DNA of 20,000 bases, from positions 51,469 to 71,468 of the IMG/VR virus record IMGVR_UViG_3300010885_008506; one strand, given 5' to 3'. Origin of the DNA: an uncultured virus (IMG/VR IMGVR_UViG_3300010885_008506) (Duplodnaviria > Heunggongvirae > Uroviricota > Caudoviricetes). Shown here piece after piece: positions 1 to 8,796 of the stretch. The notes beneath the pieces are model-generated. The model was not told the DNA's origin. It saw nothing but the letters and a program-made list of their open reading frames with translations, and did not search any database. The stretch's first letter is position 1, and every line of letters begins with the position of its first letter. Both the position numbers and the translations under genes were made by a program.

Positions 1-541
1 TAACAAATACCTTGTTCTTGAGTACTTCAAAGTTACGACGCTTACCGCCGTGGTGGCAGTTAGTGACATACGCTGTGTGGAAGTCGCTCAGAGTAAAGAT
101 CTCATCGATTTGCCTATTCAACAGCAGATCTTCTAGTATCTCGTCCCCGCCGCAGAACGTGTCGTGCATCCACAACACTTTATGTTTGGCATTTTTAACC
201 AGCTGCTGATATCTTTTGCAATGATATCCAAACTGCGCCCAGTGTGCCCAATGATGTTCTAATGAGAAAGGAACAACAGTACGCGACCCAATCACAATGT
301 CCGCAGTATAATCATTTGGTACATCAAGTCGAGTATGATCTACATATGTCACACCGTCAAACACACCTTCCTGCGCATGAGAATCTATGCAGTTGTTGAA
401 TACCGTGACTTTAAATCCTAGCTTTGCAAGCTCTTTGGATATCAAAATTACAGCACTTTCACTACCGCCTAACCCGCGTTTGCTTAACGTATTACCATCA
501 TAGGTAAGTCCAAGCACGTCAATTATTGCTACAGATAACAT
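1..541 (-). CDS. Glycosyltransferase, GT-B fold (GT4-like), N-terminal part; runs off the window edge
   Basis: Not in the ORF track because it is open-ended. Manual translation from ATG at 541 (SD AAGGA upstream) gives MLSVAIIDVLGLTYDGNTLSKRGLGGSESAVILISKELAKLGFKVTVFNN...KVLWMHDTF...IFTLSDFH... with no stop in 180 codons. The GGSE, 'ELAKLGFKVTVF', LWMHD and 'LSDFH' motifs are typical of GT4 N-terminal domains. Confidence 0.85.
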   Translation of the reverse strand, partial: MLSVAIIDVLGLTYDGNTLSKRGLGGSESAVILISKELAKLGFKVTVFNNCIDSHAQEGVFDGVTYVDHTRLDVPNDYTADIVIGSRTVVPFSLEHHWAHWAQFGYHCKRYQQLVKNAKHKVLWMHDTFCGGDEILEDLLLNRQIDEIFTLSDFHTAYVTNCHHGGKRRNFEVLKNKVFV

Positions 542-563
542 ATAGTCCTTTTAAAATTTAGAG

Positions 564-586
564 CTAAATACGATACTAATACTTAT
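564..586. promoter_or_regulatory. Putative divergent late-type promoters: CTAAATA (+, 564-570) for the fibre operon and ATAAGTA (-, 580-586) for the glycosyltransferase
   Basis: Both resemble the T4-like late -10 box (TATAAATA), with no clear -35. Related boxes occur upstream of the 12902 start (TTAAATA) and queD (TATAAGTA). Confidence 0.4.
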
Positions 587-626
587 TTTTCATCTCCGTA
601 CAGAGAAAAATTTCGTAGGGAACGCT

Positions 627-3600
627 ATGGCTACTTTTAACTTAATTCAGATGAAGCGCAGTGCAACTCCGGGAAAAGTCCCCACAACACAGGACTTATC
701 GCTGGGAGAATTTGGTATAAACACTTACGATGGTAAGGTTTTTATCAAAAAGGACGACGGTACGCCTAGTATCGTTGAAGTTGGCGTCAGAGGCGCCACT
801 GCAGTTCAAAATGTATTTTATGTAAGTAAAAGTGGTAATGATGCAAACGACGGAAAGAGCCTAGATAAGTCCAAACTTACAATTAAGTCTGCTGTAGCAG
901 CAACTCGCGCATTAGTTGCAACTGCAACTGCGACCGTAGCCAATGGGTCAATTACTGCATTATATGTAACAAATCCAGGCGCCGGGTATGAATTACCCTT
1001 AATCCCAACCGTCACAATCTTTGGCGACGGTACCGGAGCAAGAGCAGTACCTATTATCAGTAGCGGATCAGTTATAGGTTTTACAATACTAGATAGAGGT
1101 ATTGACTACACTTACGCCGATGTATACATAACACCGGCTGGCGCAGGACGCACTGGTGCAGGCTCAACCATATTTGTCAAGAGCGGCGACTATACAGAAG
1201 ATAATCCAATTTACATCCCAGCCGGAGTAAGCATTGTTGGCGACAGTTTGCGTTCGGTGACAATTCGTCCGCAAAACACAACGCTGGACTTGTTTTGGGT
1301 TAATAACAAGAGCTACTTTACTGAAATGACTTTCAGAGATCATAAGGCTCCGGCTGCAATTATCGCATTCCCCTCAGTTGACATTACTGGCATTGAAAAT
1401 ACCAATCCTGCCCGTGTAACGTTCTCGGGAGTATTCATATATGACAGAGTTAAATGTTCACGTGACGTTGGACTTATTGTAGATGCTCTTGCACAAGACA
1501 TTAAATTTCCTGGTCTAGATGGCACAAGCCAAAGCATGTTTGCTGGCTTGCAGTACTGGACACAAAGTGGATACAGTATTCCAAATGTGTACCCAACATC
1601 AGAAGTAACAGCAACACTGGGCGCACTTGCTCAACTTAAACTAGAAATTGCTGCGTTGCTTGGACCGGTGATGACTATAACTACGGACTCACTAGTTGAC
1701 GTAATTATTAACATATTAAATGGTACAACAAATCCTGCTACAGTCACGGATCTGATAGTACCAAACGGTACAACAGCAATTACAGCAACGGACGTTGTTA
1801 ACGCATACGCTGACATACAAGCAGCAAAGACTACAATTATAGATAATATTATTAACTGGATTAACACTGTTGGTGCTCCGGGCATAACTTACGACGAAGC
1901 CCTTTGTCGCAGAGACCTTGGTTATATCATTGACAGTGTGTGCTACGACTTGTTGTACGGCGGCAACCGTCAAGTAATTCAAAATGGTATCTACTACTTG
2001 GGGTTCTCGGAAACGGACACAGCAATTCCAGGTGAGATTCCTCAGGTAACTGCTGCATATAACTATCTAAAGAGTATTGTTCCTTTGGTCATTGAAGGAA
2101 CAGCAATTGCATCACCTCGTCAGACTAAGGTTGTACAAGTTACAACAGGTAGTAATGGCACCGTAACACAGTCTAATCTAGCAACTAGCAATATTGACAT
2201 GATATTAGATATTATTAATACCGGACCAGCTGCATACGTAACTGCTGGAACACGTACACCAATTGGTCTAGTTGCAGCAAGCGGCAATGCTACCAATGCA
2301 TATAACAAGTTAATAGCTAATAGAGATTTCCTACGTGCAGAAGTAATTGCTTACATTGATCAGGAGACAATTTCGTTTGATCGTGCCAAGTGCTATCGTG
2401 ACCTTGGACTCATTGTGGATTCTATTGCAACTGACGTGACATTCACCGATAGAACACAAACAACTTTTGCAGGTATCCAGTATTGGAGTCAGGCTGCACT
2501 AGCATCGTCTAGCGAAATAAATCCGGGTGAGATTGCAGCTACAATTAACGCATATACATATCTTAAAGCAATTGCACTAGATATTATTCAAGACATATCA
2601 ACACATGTTCTATATACACCGGTGTCGTATCCTCGAGTGACAGCAGCATCTATACCTACATCTGCAGTAACCGACCCTACAGTTATTTCTGCTATTAGTG
2701 ACAATTTTGATCTGTTACTTGATATATTGACCGATGGCAATACCAATAACGTAACAGAGCGTATTATTTCAAGTGGTTTGATTATTGCAGGCAATACAAC
2801 GCAGCAATATCATGCGGCATTACTCTTAAATGCTAACACAGATTTCTTTAAGGAACAAGTAACATTAAGAATTGCTAACCAATTCCCGTTGTTAGTATAC
2901 AATACCGCTACTTGCGAGCGAGACGTACAATATGTTACTAGTTGCATAAGCAGAGACAATCTATTTGGTGGCAATCGCCAGACTGTGCAAGCAGCAGTAT
3001 ACTATTATAGCTATCTAGCAGCTAGTACAGTACCAACAGAAATACAGCAAATTGAAAAAGCTTACAAGTATATCAAGATATTAGCTAGCTACATTATACG
3101 TGGGCTACCAATGCCTTATGTATATCAAACTGGAGAATTACAAGACTTTGTAACTGCTTCCGGTGTTGGTACATTGACGCAAGTCACAGTGGCACAGAAC
3201 CTAGTAGATTATATGTTGGGCATCATCAATGATAAAACAACAGCAGATGCACCTGGATACGCCGGCATCTCAGAATTTAGTACAACGTATCGTCGTGCGG
3301 GCGAGCAATTACTAGCCAACAAAGAATTCATTAAGGCAGAAGTTGTTGCGTACCTAGAAGGATACACGTATAACCGTACAACATGTTCACGTGACACCGG
3401 ACTCATTGTGGATGCGCTGGTACAAGACTTATTGTTTGATGGCGATAGCCAATCAACATTTGCAGCAATCCAGTACTGGAGTCAGACAGCAGAACGTTCA
3501 ATCCCAGCAGGAGAGATTGCAGCAACAGTAGCGGCAATTGACTTTGTTATCACTCAGACTAATGCATTGTCTATTAGAACAGCAGACAAGACTAATATTG

Positions 3601-6600
3601 AAAATGGTTTTGACTTAATAAGAAATCTATTGGATGAAACTGTTAACGTAGCAACAATCACCAGCGGCATAGTTCCTAACAGTATTGAACCTGATCGCGA
3701 TGCGCAAGCTGCGTATGATGCGCTACAAGCAGCCAAAGCAACAATCATTGACGATACGATTGCAGACATTGCAGGTACGTTCCCGTCATTTGATCAACCA
3801 ATTACGGGCGCAACTGCAGCAAGTCCTGTTGTACTAACTATTACAGGTCACGCCTTTGCAGATGGTGACTCCATTAGAATCAACAACATTGAAGGCATGG
3901 TTGAGCTAAACGGCAATCGTTACTACACTAAGAACACTGGCGCAAATACCGTAGAGCTATACTTAGATGCTACATTGCTAACTGCTCTAGACGGTACAGG
4001 ATTTACAGCGTACGAGACAGGCGGTTATGCAGATACACAGACTGCAGCGAAATGCCGCAGAGATTTGGGCTACATGATTGACAGTGTTAGCTTTGATTTG
4101 TTGTATAACGCTGACCCAACTAACACTGTTCAGTCTAACAGACAAGCAGTACAATCAGGCGTTTACTATTGGAATCACTCAACTACTGTAAGCATAGTAC
4201 CTGGCGAAAAACCAATTGTAACAGCAGCATACGATTACATCAAGACATTGTCGTCGTACATTGTTGAAGGACGCGAGGTTCCAACAGTATACGGTACAGT
4301 GCCACAAGTGATGCCAGAGGGGCCAATGGCAATTGGTACAACACAAGACGTTAACAAGATTACTGACAAGCTTGACCTGATGATTAACATTATCAATGCA
4401 GGCCCAAGTGTTGCACCAAATCCAGAACCAATTAGCCTAGCACGTATCGGTTCATTTAATTACAACCGCACCAAGTGCTCACGTGACTTAGGACTGATCG
4501 TAGACGCCATTGCACAGGACATTAAATTCCCAGGCACCAGCGGCGACAGTCAAACAGTGTTTGCTGGCCTGCAATACTGGACACAGAACGACGGGTATAG
4601 TATTTCAAACATTGCACCAAGTGCAGAAGTTGCAGCAACAGTTGGTGCACTAGTGCAGTTGAAAGCGCAAATCACTGCAGTTGCTGCAGCTACATCTGCT
4701 ACAACAGATGAACTAATTGATCTTATCATAAACATTATCAATAGAATTATCGATCCAGCTGATGTTACCGATTTGATTATACCAAACGATGCGATCGCTA
4801 ACACCGGAGCAATAGCTACAGCCTACGCAGCAATACAATCGGCCAAGACAACAATTCGCGCCAACATAGTTACTTGGGTTAACACTAACTATCCAGCATT
4901 AGTATATAACTCTACAACTTGTAGTCGAGACGTTGGTTTTATAATTGACAGCGTATGCTATGACTTGTTGTATAACGGCAACCGTCAGGCAATTCAAAGC
5001 GGTATCTACTATCTAGGCTTCTCGTCAACTGATAGTGCAGTGGCAGGTGAAATACCACAGGTAACTGCCGCTTACACCTATCTAAAGAGCATACTGCCTT
5101 CTATCATTGAAGGGACACCATTGGCTACAACATATCAAACAGACGTAGCACAAGTTACATCGGGTAGCAGCGGTACACCAACACAGTCTACACTTGCAGC
5201 CGACGCAGTAGATATCATACTAGACATTATTAATAATGGTCCTGGTACATACCTTGACGCTGGCACACGTACTCCAATTGGTCTAGTTGCCGCTGGCGGT
5301 AATGCTAATAACACTTATACACGGTTGCAAGCTAATAGAGACTTTATCCGTGCAGAAGTAATTGCTTACATTGATACTACAGTTGTAACGTACGATCATC
5401 TCAAGTGCTCACGCGACCTTGGGTTGATCGTTGACGCACTAGCACAAGACTTGAAGTTCCCAGGACTAGACGGCAACAGCCAAAGCATGTTTGCTGGCTT
5501 GCAGTACTGGACTCAAGCAGATGGTTATAGTGTTCCTGATGGATCTCCTAGCGAGAAGGCCGCTACACTTGATGCACTAGCATATCTCAAGTCGCAGGTT
5601 GCAGGATTGGCTGGTGTAACAATTGATTCAACTACAAATGCACTATTTGACACTATCATCGATATACTAGATGGTACAACACCTCCGGCTAGCGTAACTG
5701 ATCTGATTGTACCAAACGGAACAACAGCAAGTGTTGTTACTGCAGTAACTGATGCATATGCTGCAATTCAAACAGCAAAAGCAACACTACCTGCTGCTAC
5801 AGTTGCATACATACAAGGACTACCTGCGTACTCGGGTCTAGTATTTGATACAGGATTGTGCGAGCGCGACGTTGGTTACATATTAGACAGTATTTCATAT
5901 GACGTACTGTATGGCGGTAATCGTCAGGCAATACAAAGCGGTATCTACTATCTAAACTTCTCAAGTACAGTGACTGCAATTCCAAACGAAGTACCGCAGG
6001 TAACTGCTGCGTATGAATACTTGAAGTCAATTATCCCATCTATTGTTACAGGTACACCGGTTGCAACACTATATCAAACAGAAGTTGCACAGGTAATCTC
6101 AGGTAGCAGTGGTGCAGGTGCAGCAGCATCCGTACAGGCAAATGTTGATTTGATATTGGATATCATTATCAACGGACCAAACGCTTATATTACTCCAGGT
6201 ACAAGAACACCAATTGGACTAGTAGCAGAAACAAACGCAACTATACTGAATGCCTATAACAAGTTGGTAGCAAATCGTAGTTTCTTACGTGCAGAAATCA
6301 TTGCGTATATTGACTATGTACTACAGCAGAAGTATCAAACAACAGCTAACGCTGCATATCTACTAAACGCTAACCGTGCGTTCATTGTATCAGAGCTAAT
6401 TGGATTTACGGACGAAAACTACGCAATACAGCACCCATACTCGAGCGGAGATACTATTTCTATTCGTCAGGTTGTTGGTATGACAGAAGTCAATAACGGT
6501 TATATACATCAGATCACCAATGCAACCAACACCAACCCAGTTAGACTAACATTTAATAAGGGTCATGCCTTTGGAGATACTACTTCGATGAGACTATCTG

Positions 6601-8444
6601 CTGTAGGCGGAATGAACGAAGTTAATGGCAATCGTTACTATGCACGTTTCTTTAATACTACAGAAGTTGAACTGTTCAATGACGTTAAACTAACAGATCC
6701 TGTTGATGGAACACTGTTTGGTTCATACACCAGCGGCGGCCAGGCAGAAACAGACAGCTTCTATTATGTACGAAAGATAGATGGCGACAGCATTGATCTG
6801 TATCTTGATCGTGCGCTAACACAACCAGTTGATGCAACTAACTGGGGTTCGTATATTACCGGTGGTATTGCTGGAACTGGCGCATTACCAGTAAGCCCAT
6901 ACGTACACAACTGCTCCAGTATCACTACAACTGGCACAGGTATGCGTGTTGACGGTAACTTGAGTACTGGATTGAAGTCTATGGTCCTCGACTCGTTTAC
7001 CCAAATTAACGAAGGTGGTAACGGGATTGAAATCATCAACCGCGGTTACGCACAGCTCGTATCCATTTACACCATTTGTACTGACATTGGTATTTTGTGT
7101 AAGGGCGGCGGCTTCTGTTCCGTTGCTAACAGTGACAGCAGCTTTGGTACATACGCACTAGTTGCGGATGGATTAAGTGAAGTATTGTATTCGGGTGTAA
7201 CAGACGGCGACTTGCAAACAGGCAAGGCTATCAACCTTAAGGGGCTAACGCACCGTCCAAACTATGGCGATGCGATGGACGTCACTAGTGAATTAATTGT
7301 CGCAGACGCATATATCGTAGCAGCTAGTGCAACTATTAACGATCCTGGCACAGGTTATAAGCCGGGCGATTTGATGGAACTCGACGGCATAGTAGGCACT
7401 TCGCCAAAGTTCCGCGTATCAACAGTTAAGATTGTTAGCGCATCCGTTAATACCTTAGTATCGGGGTCACTTGCAATAGGTGATAGATTTACGTTCTCTA
7501 AGGGATATAGTACATCTGCTGTGCTTGAAGTAGCAACAGTTACGCCATCGGTTACATTTACTATTATCGAAGCTGGCGTTAAGAACACGGGAGTAACAGC
7601 TCTAACAAATATTAGTCCCGATATCTCGTCATCGGCTGCTGTAATAACAGTGGATCTGGTGTACGGAATTGAATCGGTCGGAGTTGCAGCACCATTTTAT
7701 GGCGAACTAATAGAAACTCCATCAAACCCATCTGTTACTATAACATCTACTGGTATTGGCGTAGATGCACTGCTAGACGTAATTTATTCGGTACGCTTGA
7801 CTTTTGACGATCCGCACTACTTTAGGGGCGACGAGCAGATTGTAGCTAGTGGGTTTACGGGTAGTAATAATCAATCGTTGCTAAACGGTAATACGTATTT
7901 TATCAAATTAACTAACAATGCGTACAAAGCAGATCTACACATAGACTCTGCTCTAGCACTGGGAGTTGATACATCACTGTATACTGCATCATATGATGGT
8001 GGTGGCACCGCTACACTACACGACTACTATACCGTAGTAACAGCAACAGAAGGACCAGTTGCAACTGCAGGCACATACGAAGGATTACGTCAAAGTCAGA
8101 TTGGACTAGAAATTGCTGTTAAGCGTCCAATTGTAGATGAATCTGCAGTTGAGTTCCGCCAACGTAGTATTGTATCGTCCTCGGGCCATACATTTGAGTA
8201 CATTGGTTCGGGAAATATACTAAGTACAGCAACACCAGAAGCGGGTGCTTATCCAATTGCAGCCAACGAAGTAGTTGAGCTGCGTGGAGGTAAAGCATAC
8301 TTTACTGGAACTAACGAACAAGGCGACTTTAAAATCGGTACTGAACTGGTAATTAATCGCGATACTGGTACAATCTCTGGTAGAACATTTAACAAGAGTT
8401 TGTTCGCAGTACTAACGCCATACATATTGGCACTCGAGGGATAA
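627..8444 (+). CDS. Giant virion fibre/structural protein (2605 aa)
   Basis: The N-terminus IQMKRSATPGKVP..LSLGEFGINTYDGKVFIKKDDG resembles the T4 gp37 N-terminus (IQFKRS..P....L.EGELAIN). It is followed by a beta-helix start (FYVSKSGNDANDG...TIKSA; TIFVKSGDYTE.NPI.IPAGVSIVGDSLR), ten CxRD helical half-repeats and FCCH-like modules. The beta-helix resumes at SPYVHNCSSIT, and the C-terminus is SSGHTFEYIGSG...GDFKIG. Confidence 0.85.
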   Translation: MATFNLIQMKRSATPGKVPTTQDLSLGEFGINTYDGKVFIKKDDGTPSIVEVGVRGATAVQNVFYVSKSGNDANDGKSLDKSKLTIKSAVAATRALVATATATVANGSITALYVTNPGAGYELPLIPTVTIFGDGTGARAVPIISSGSVIGFTILDRGIDYTYADVYITPAGAGRTGAGSTIFVKSGDYTEDNPIYIPAGVSIVGDSLRSVTIRPQNTTLDLFWVNNKSYFTEMTFRDHKAPAAIIAFPSVDITGIENTNPARVTFSGVFIYDRVKCSRDVGLIVDALAQDIKFPGLDGTSQSMFAGLQYWTQSGYSIPNVYPTSEVTATLGALAQLKLEIAALLGPVMTITTDSLVDVIINILNGTTNPATVTDLIVPNGTTAITATDVVNAYADIQAAKTTIIDNIINWINTVGAPGITYDEALCRRDLGYIIDSVCYDLLYGGNRQVIQNGIYYLGFSETDTAIPGEIPQVTAAYNYLKSIVPLVIEGTAIASPRQTKVVQVTTGSNGTVTQSNLATSNIDMILDIINTGPAAYVTAGTRTPIGLVAASGNATNAYNKLIANRDFLRAEVIAYIDQETISFDRAKCYRDLGLIVDSIATDVTFTDRTQTTFAGIQYWSQAALASSSEINPGEIAATINAYTYLKAIALDIIQDISTHVLYTPVSYPRVTAASIPTSAVTDPTVISAISDNFDLLLDILTDGNTNNVTERIISSGLIIAGNTTQQYHAALLLNANTDFFKEQVTLRIANQFPLLVYNTATCERDVQYVTSCISRDNLFGGNRQTVQAAVYYYSYLAASTVPTEIQQIEKAYKYIKILASYIIRGLPMPYVYQTGELQDFVTASGVGTLTQVTVAQNLVDYMLGIINDKTTADAPGYAGISEFSTTYRRAGEQLLANKEFIKAEVVAYLEGYTYNRTTCSRDTGLIVDALVQDLLFDGDSQSTFAAIQYWSQTAERSIPAGEIAATVAAIDFVITQTNALSIRTADKTNIENGFDLIRNLLDETVNVATITSGIVPNSIEPDRDAQAAYDALQAAKATIIDDTIADIAGTFPSFDQPITGATAASPVVLTITGHAFADGDSIRINNIEGMVELNGNRYYTKNTGANTVELYLDATLLTALDGTGFTAYETGGYADTQTAAKCRRDLGYMIDSVSFDLLYNADPTNTVQSNRQAVQSGVYYWNHSTTVSIVPGEKPIVTAAYDYIKTLSSYIVEGREVPTVYGTVPQVMPEGPMAIGTTQDVNKITDKLDLMINIINAGPSVAPNPEPISLARIGSFNYNRTKCSRDLGLIVDAIAQDIKFPGTSGDSQTVFAGLQYWTQNDGYSISNIAPSAEVAATVGALVQLKAQITAVAAATSATTDELIDLIINIINRIIDPADVTDLIIPNDAIANTGAIATAYAAIQSAKTTIRANIVTWVNTNYPALVYNSTTCSRDVGFIIDSVCYDLLYNGNRQAIQSGIYYLGFSSTDSAVAGEIPQVTAAYTYLKSILPSIIEGTPLATTYQTDVAQVTSGSSGTPTQSTLAADAVDIILDIINNGPGTYLDAGTRTPIGLVAAGGNANNTYTRLQANRDFIRAEVIAYIDTTVVTYDHLKCSRDLGLIVDALAQDLKFPGLDGNSQSMFAGLQYWTQADGYSVPDGSPSEKAATLDALAYLKSQVAGLAGVTIDSTTNALFDTIIDILDGTTPPASVTDLIVPNGTTASVVTAVTDAYAAIQTAKATLPAATVAYIQGLPAYSGLVFDTGLCERDVGYILDSISYDVLYGGNRQAIQSGIYYLNFSSTVTAIPNEVPQVTAAYEYLKSIIPSIVTGTPVATLYQTEVAQVISGSSGAGAAASVQANVDLILDIIINGPNAYITPGTRTPIGLVAETNATILNAYNKLVANRSFLRAEIIAYIDYVLQQKYQTTANAAYLLNANRAFIVSELIGFTDENYAIQHPYSSGDTISIRQVVGMTEVNNGYIHQITNATNTNPVRLTFNKGHAFGDTTSMRLSAVGGMNEVNGNRYYARFFNTTEVELFNDVKLTDPVDGTLFGSYTSGGQAETDSFYYVRKIDGDSIDLYLDRALTQPVDATNWGSYITGGIAGTGALPVSPYVHNCSSITTTGTGMRVDGNLSTGLKSMVLDSFTQINEGGNGIEIINRGYAQLVSIYTICTDIGILCKGGGFCSVANSDSSFGTYALVADGLSEVLYSGVTDGDLQTGKAINLKGLTHRPNYGDAMDVTSELIVADAYIVAASATINDPGTGYKPGDLMELDGIVGTSPKFRVSTVKIVSASVNTLVSGSLAIGDRFTFSKGYSTSAVLEVATVTPSVTFTIIEAGVKNTGVTALTNISPDISSSAAVITVDLVYGIESVGVAAPFYGELIETPSNPSVTITSTGIGVDALLDVIYSVRLTFDDPHYFRGDEQIVASGFTGSNNQSLLNGNTYFIKLTNNAYKADLHIDSALALGVDTSLYTASYDGGGTATLHDYYTVVTATEGPVATAGTYEGLRQSQIGLEIAVKRPIVDESAVEFRQRSIVSSSGHTFEYIGSGNILSTATPEAGAYPIAANEVVELRGGKAYFTGTNEQGDFKIGTELVINRDTGTISGRTFNKSLFAVLTPYILALEG
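1440..6420 (+). repeat. Five ~310-360 aa intragenic repeat units, each with two C-x-R-D motifs
   Basis: Units start at about 1440, 2376, 3370, 4461 and 5391 (Y/F-D/N..(K/T)CxRD.GLIVD). Exact DNA identities include a 35-mer at 1527-1561 = 5478-5512 and a 27-mer at 2334-2360 = 5349-5375. Confidence 0.9.
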
Positions 8445-8447
8445 TAC

Positions 8448-8795
8448 ATGGCTTCCACTATACCTTTAAATACGTTTAAAACTGTTGCTTCTGCAATAAC
8501 TACGGCAGACGTAGACATCTATACTGCACCTGTAGGCATTACTACTATTATATTGATGGCGCAAGTCTCTAATATGAACGTAGGAACCCCGCTTGATAAA
8601 TGGGTAAGTGCTGCTCACAATGATGGCTCCACAATGAGATATTTGGTACGCGAATTTGGAGTCCCACCAAACGACAGTGTAAGTGTATTAACTGGTAAAT
8701 TAGTATTGGAATCAGGACAAAGTATCACTATGTCGGCAGAGGATAACGACTATCTAGAAGTTGTGTTAAGCATACTAGAAACATCAAACGAATAA
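8448..8795 (+). CDS. Small putative virion protein (115 aa) accompanying the fibre genes
   Basis: Tightly coupled (3 nt after the upstream stop, SD GAGG). Beta-rich sequence with IYTAP...GKLVLESG...VVLSILE, a pattern I recognise from small proteins next to fibre genes in T4-like phages. Confidence 0.7.
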   Translation: MASTIPLNTFKTVASAITTADVDIYTAPVGITTIILMAQVSNMNVGTPLDKWVSAAHNDGSTMRYLVREFGVPPNDSVSVLTGKLVLESGQSITMSAEDNDYLEVVLSILETSNE

Positions 8796-8796
8796 T

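Noticed and set aside
12..209. 65-aa plus-strand ORF and the short minus-strand ORFs inside the giant gene
   Set aside because: Antisense to the glycosyltransferase or fibre genes; no independent support.
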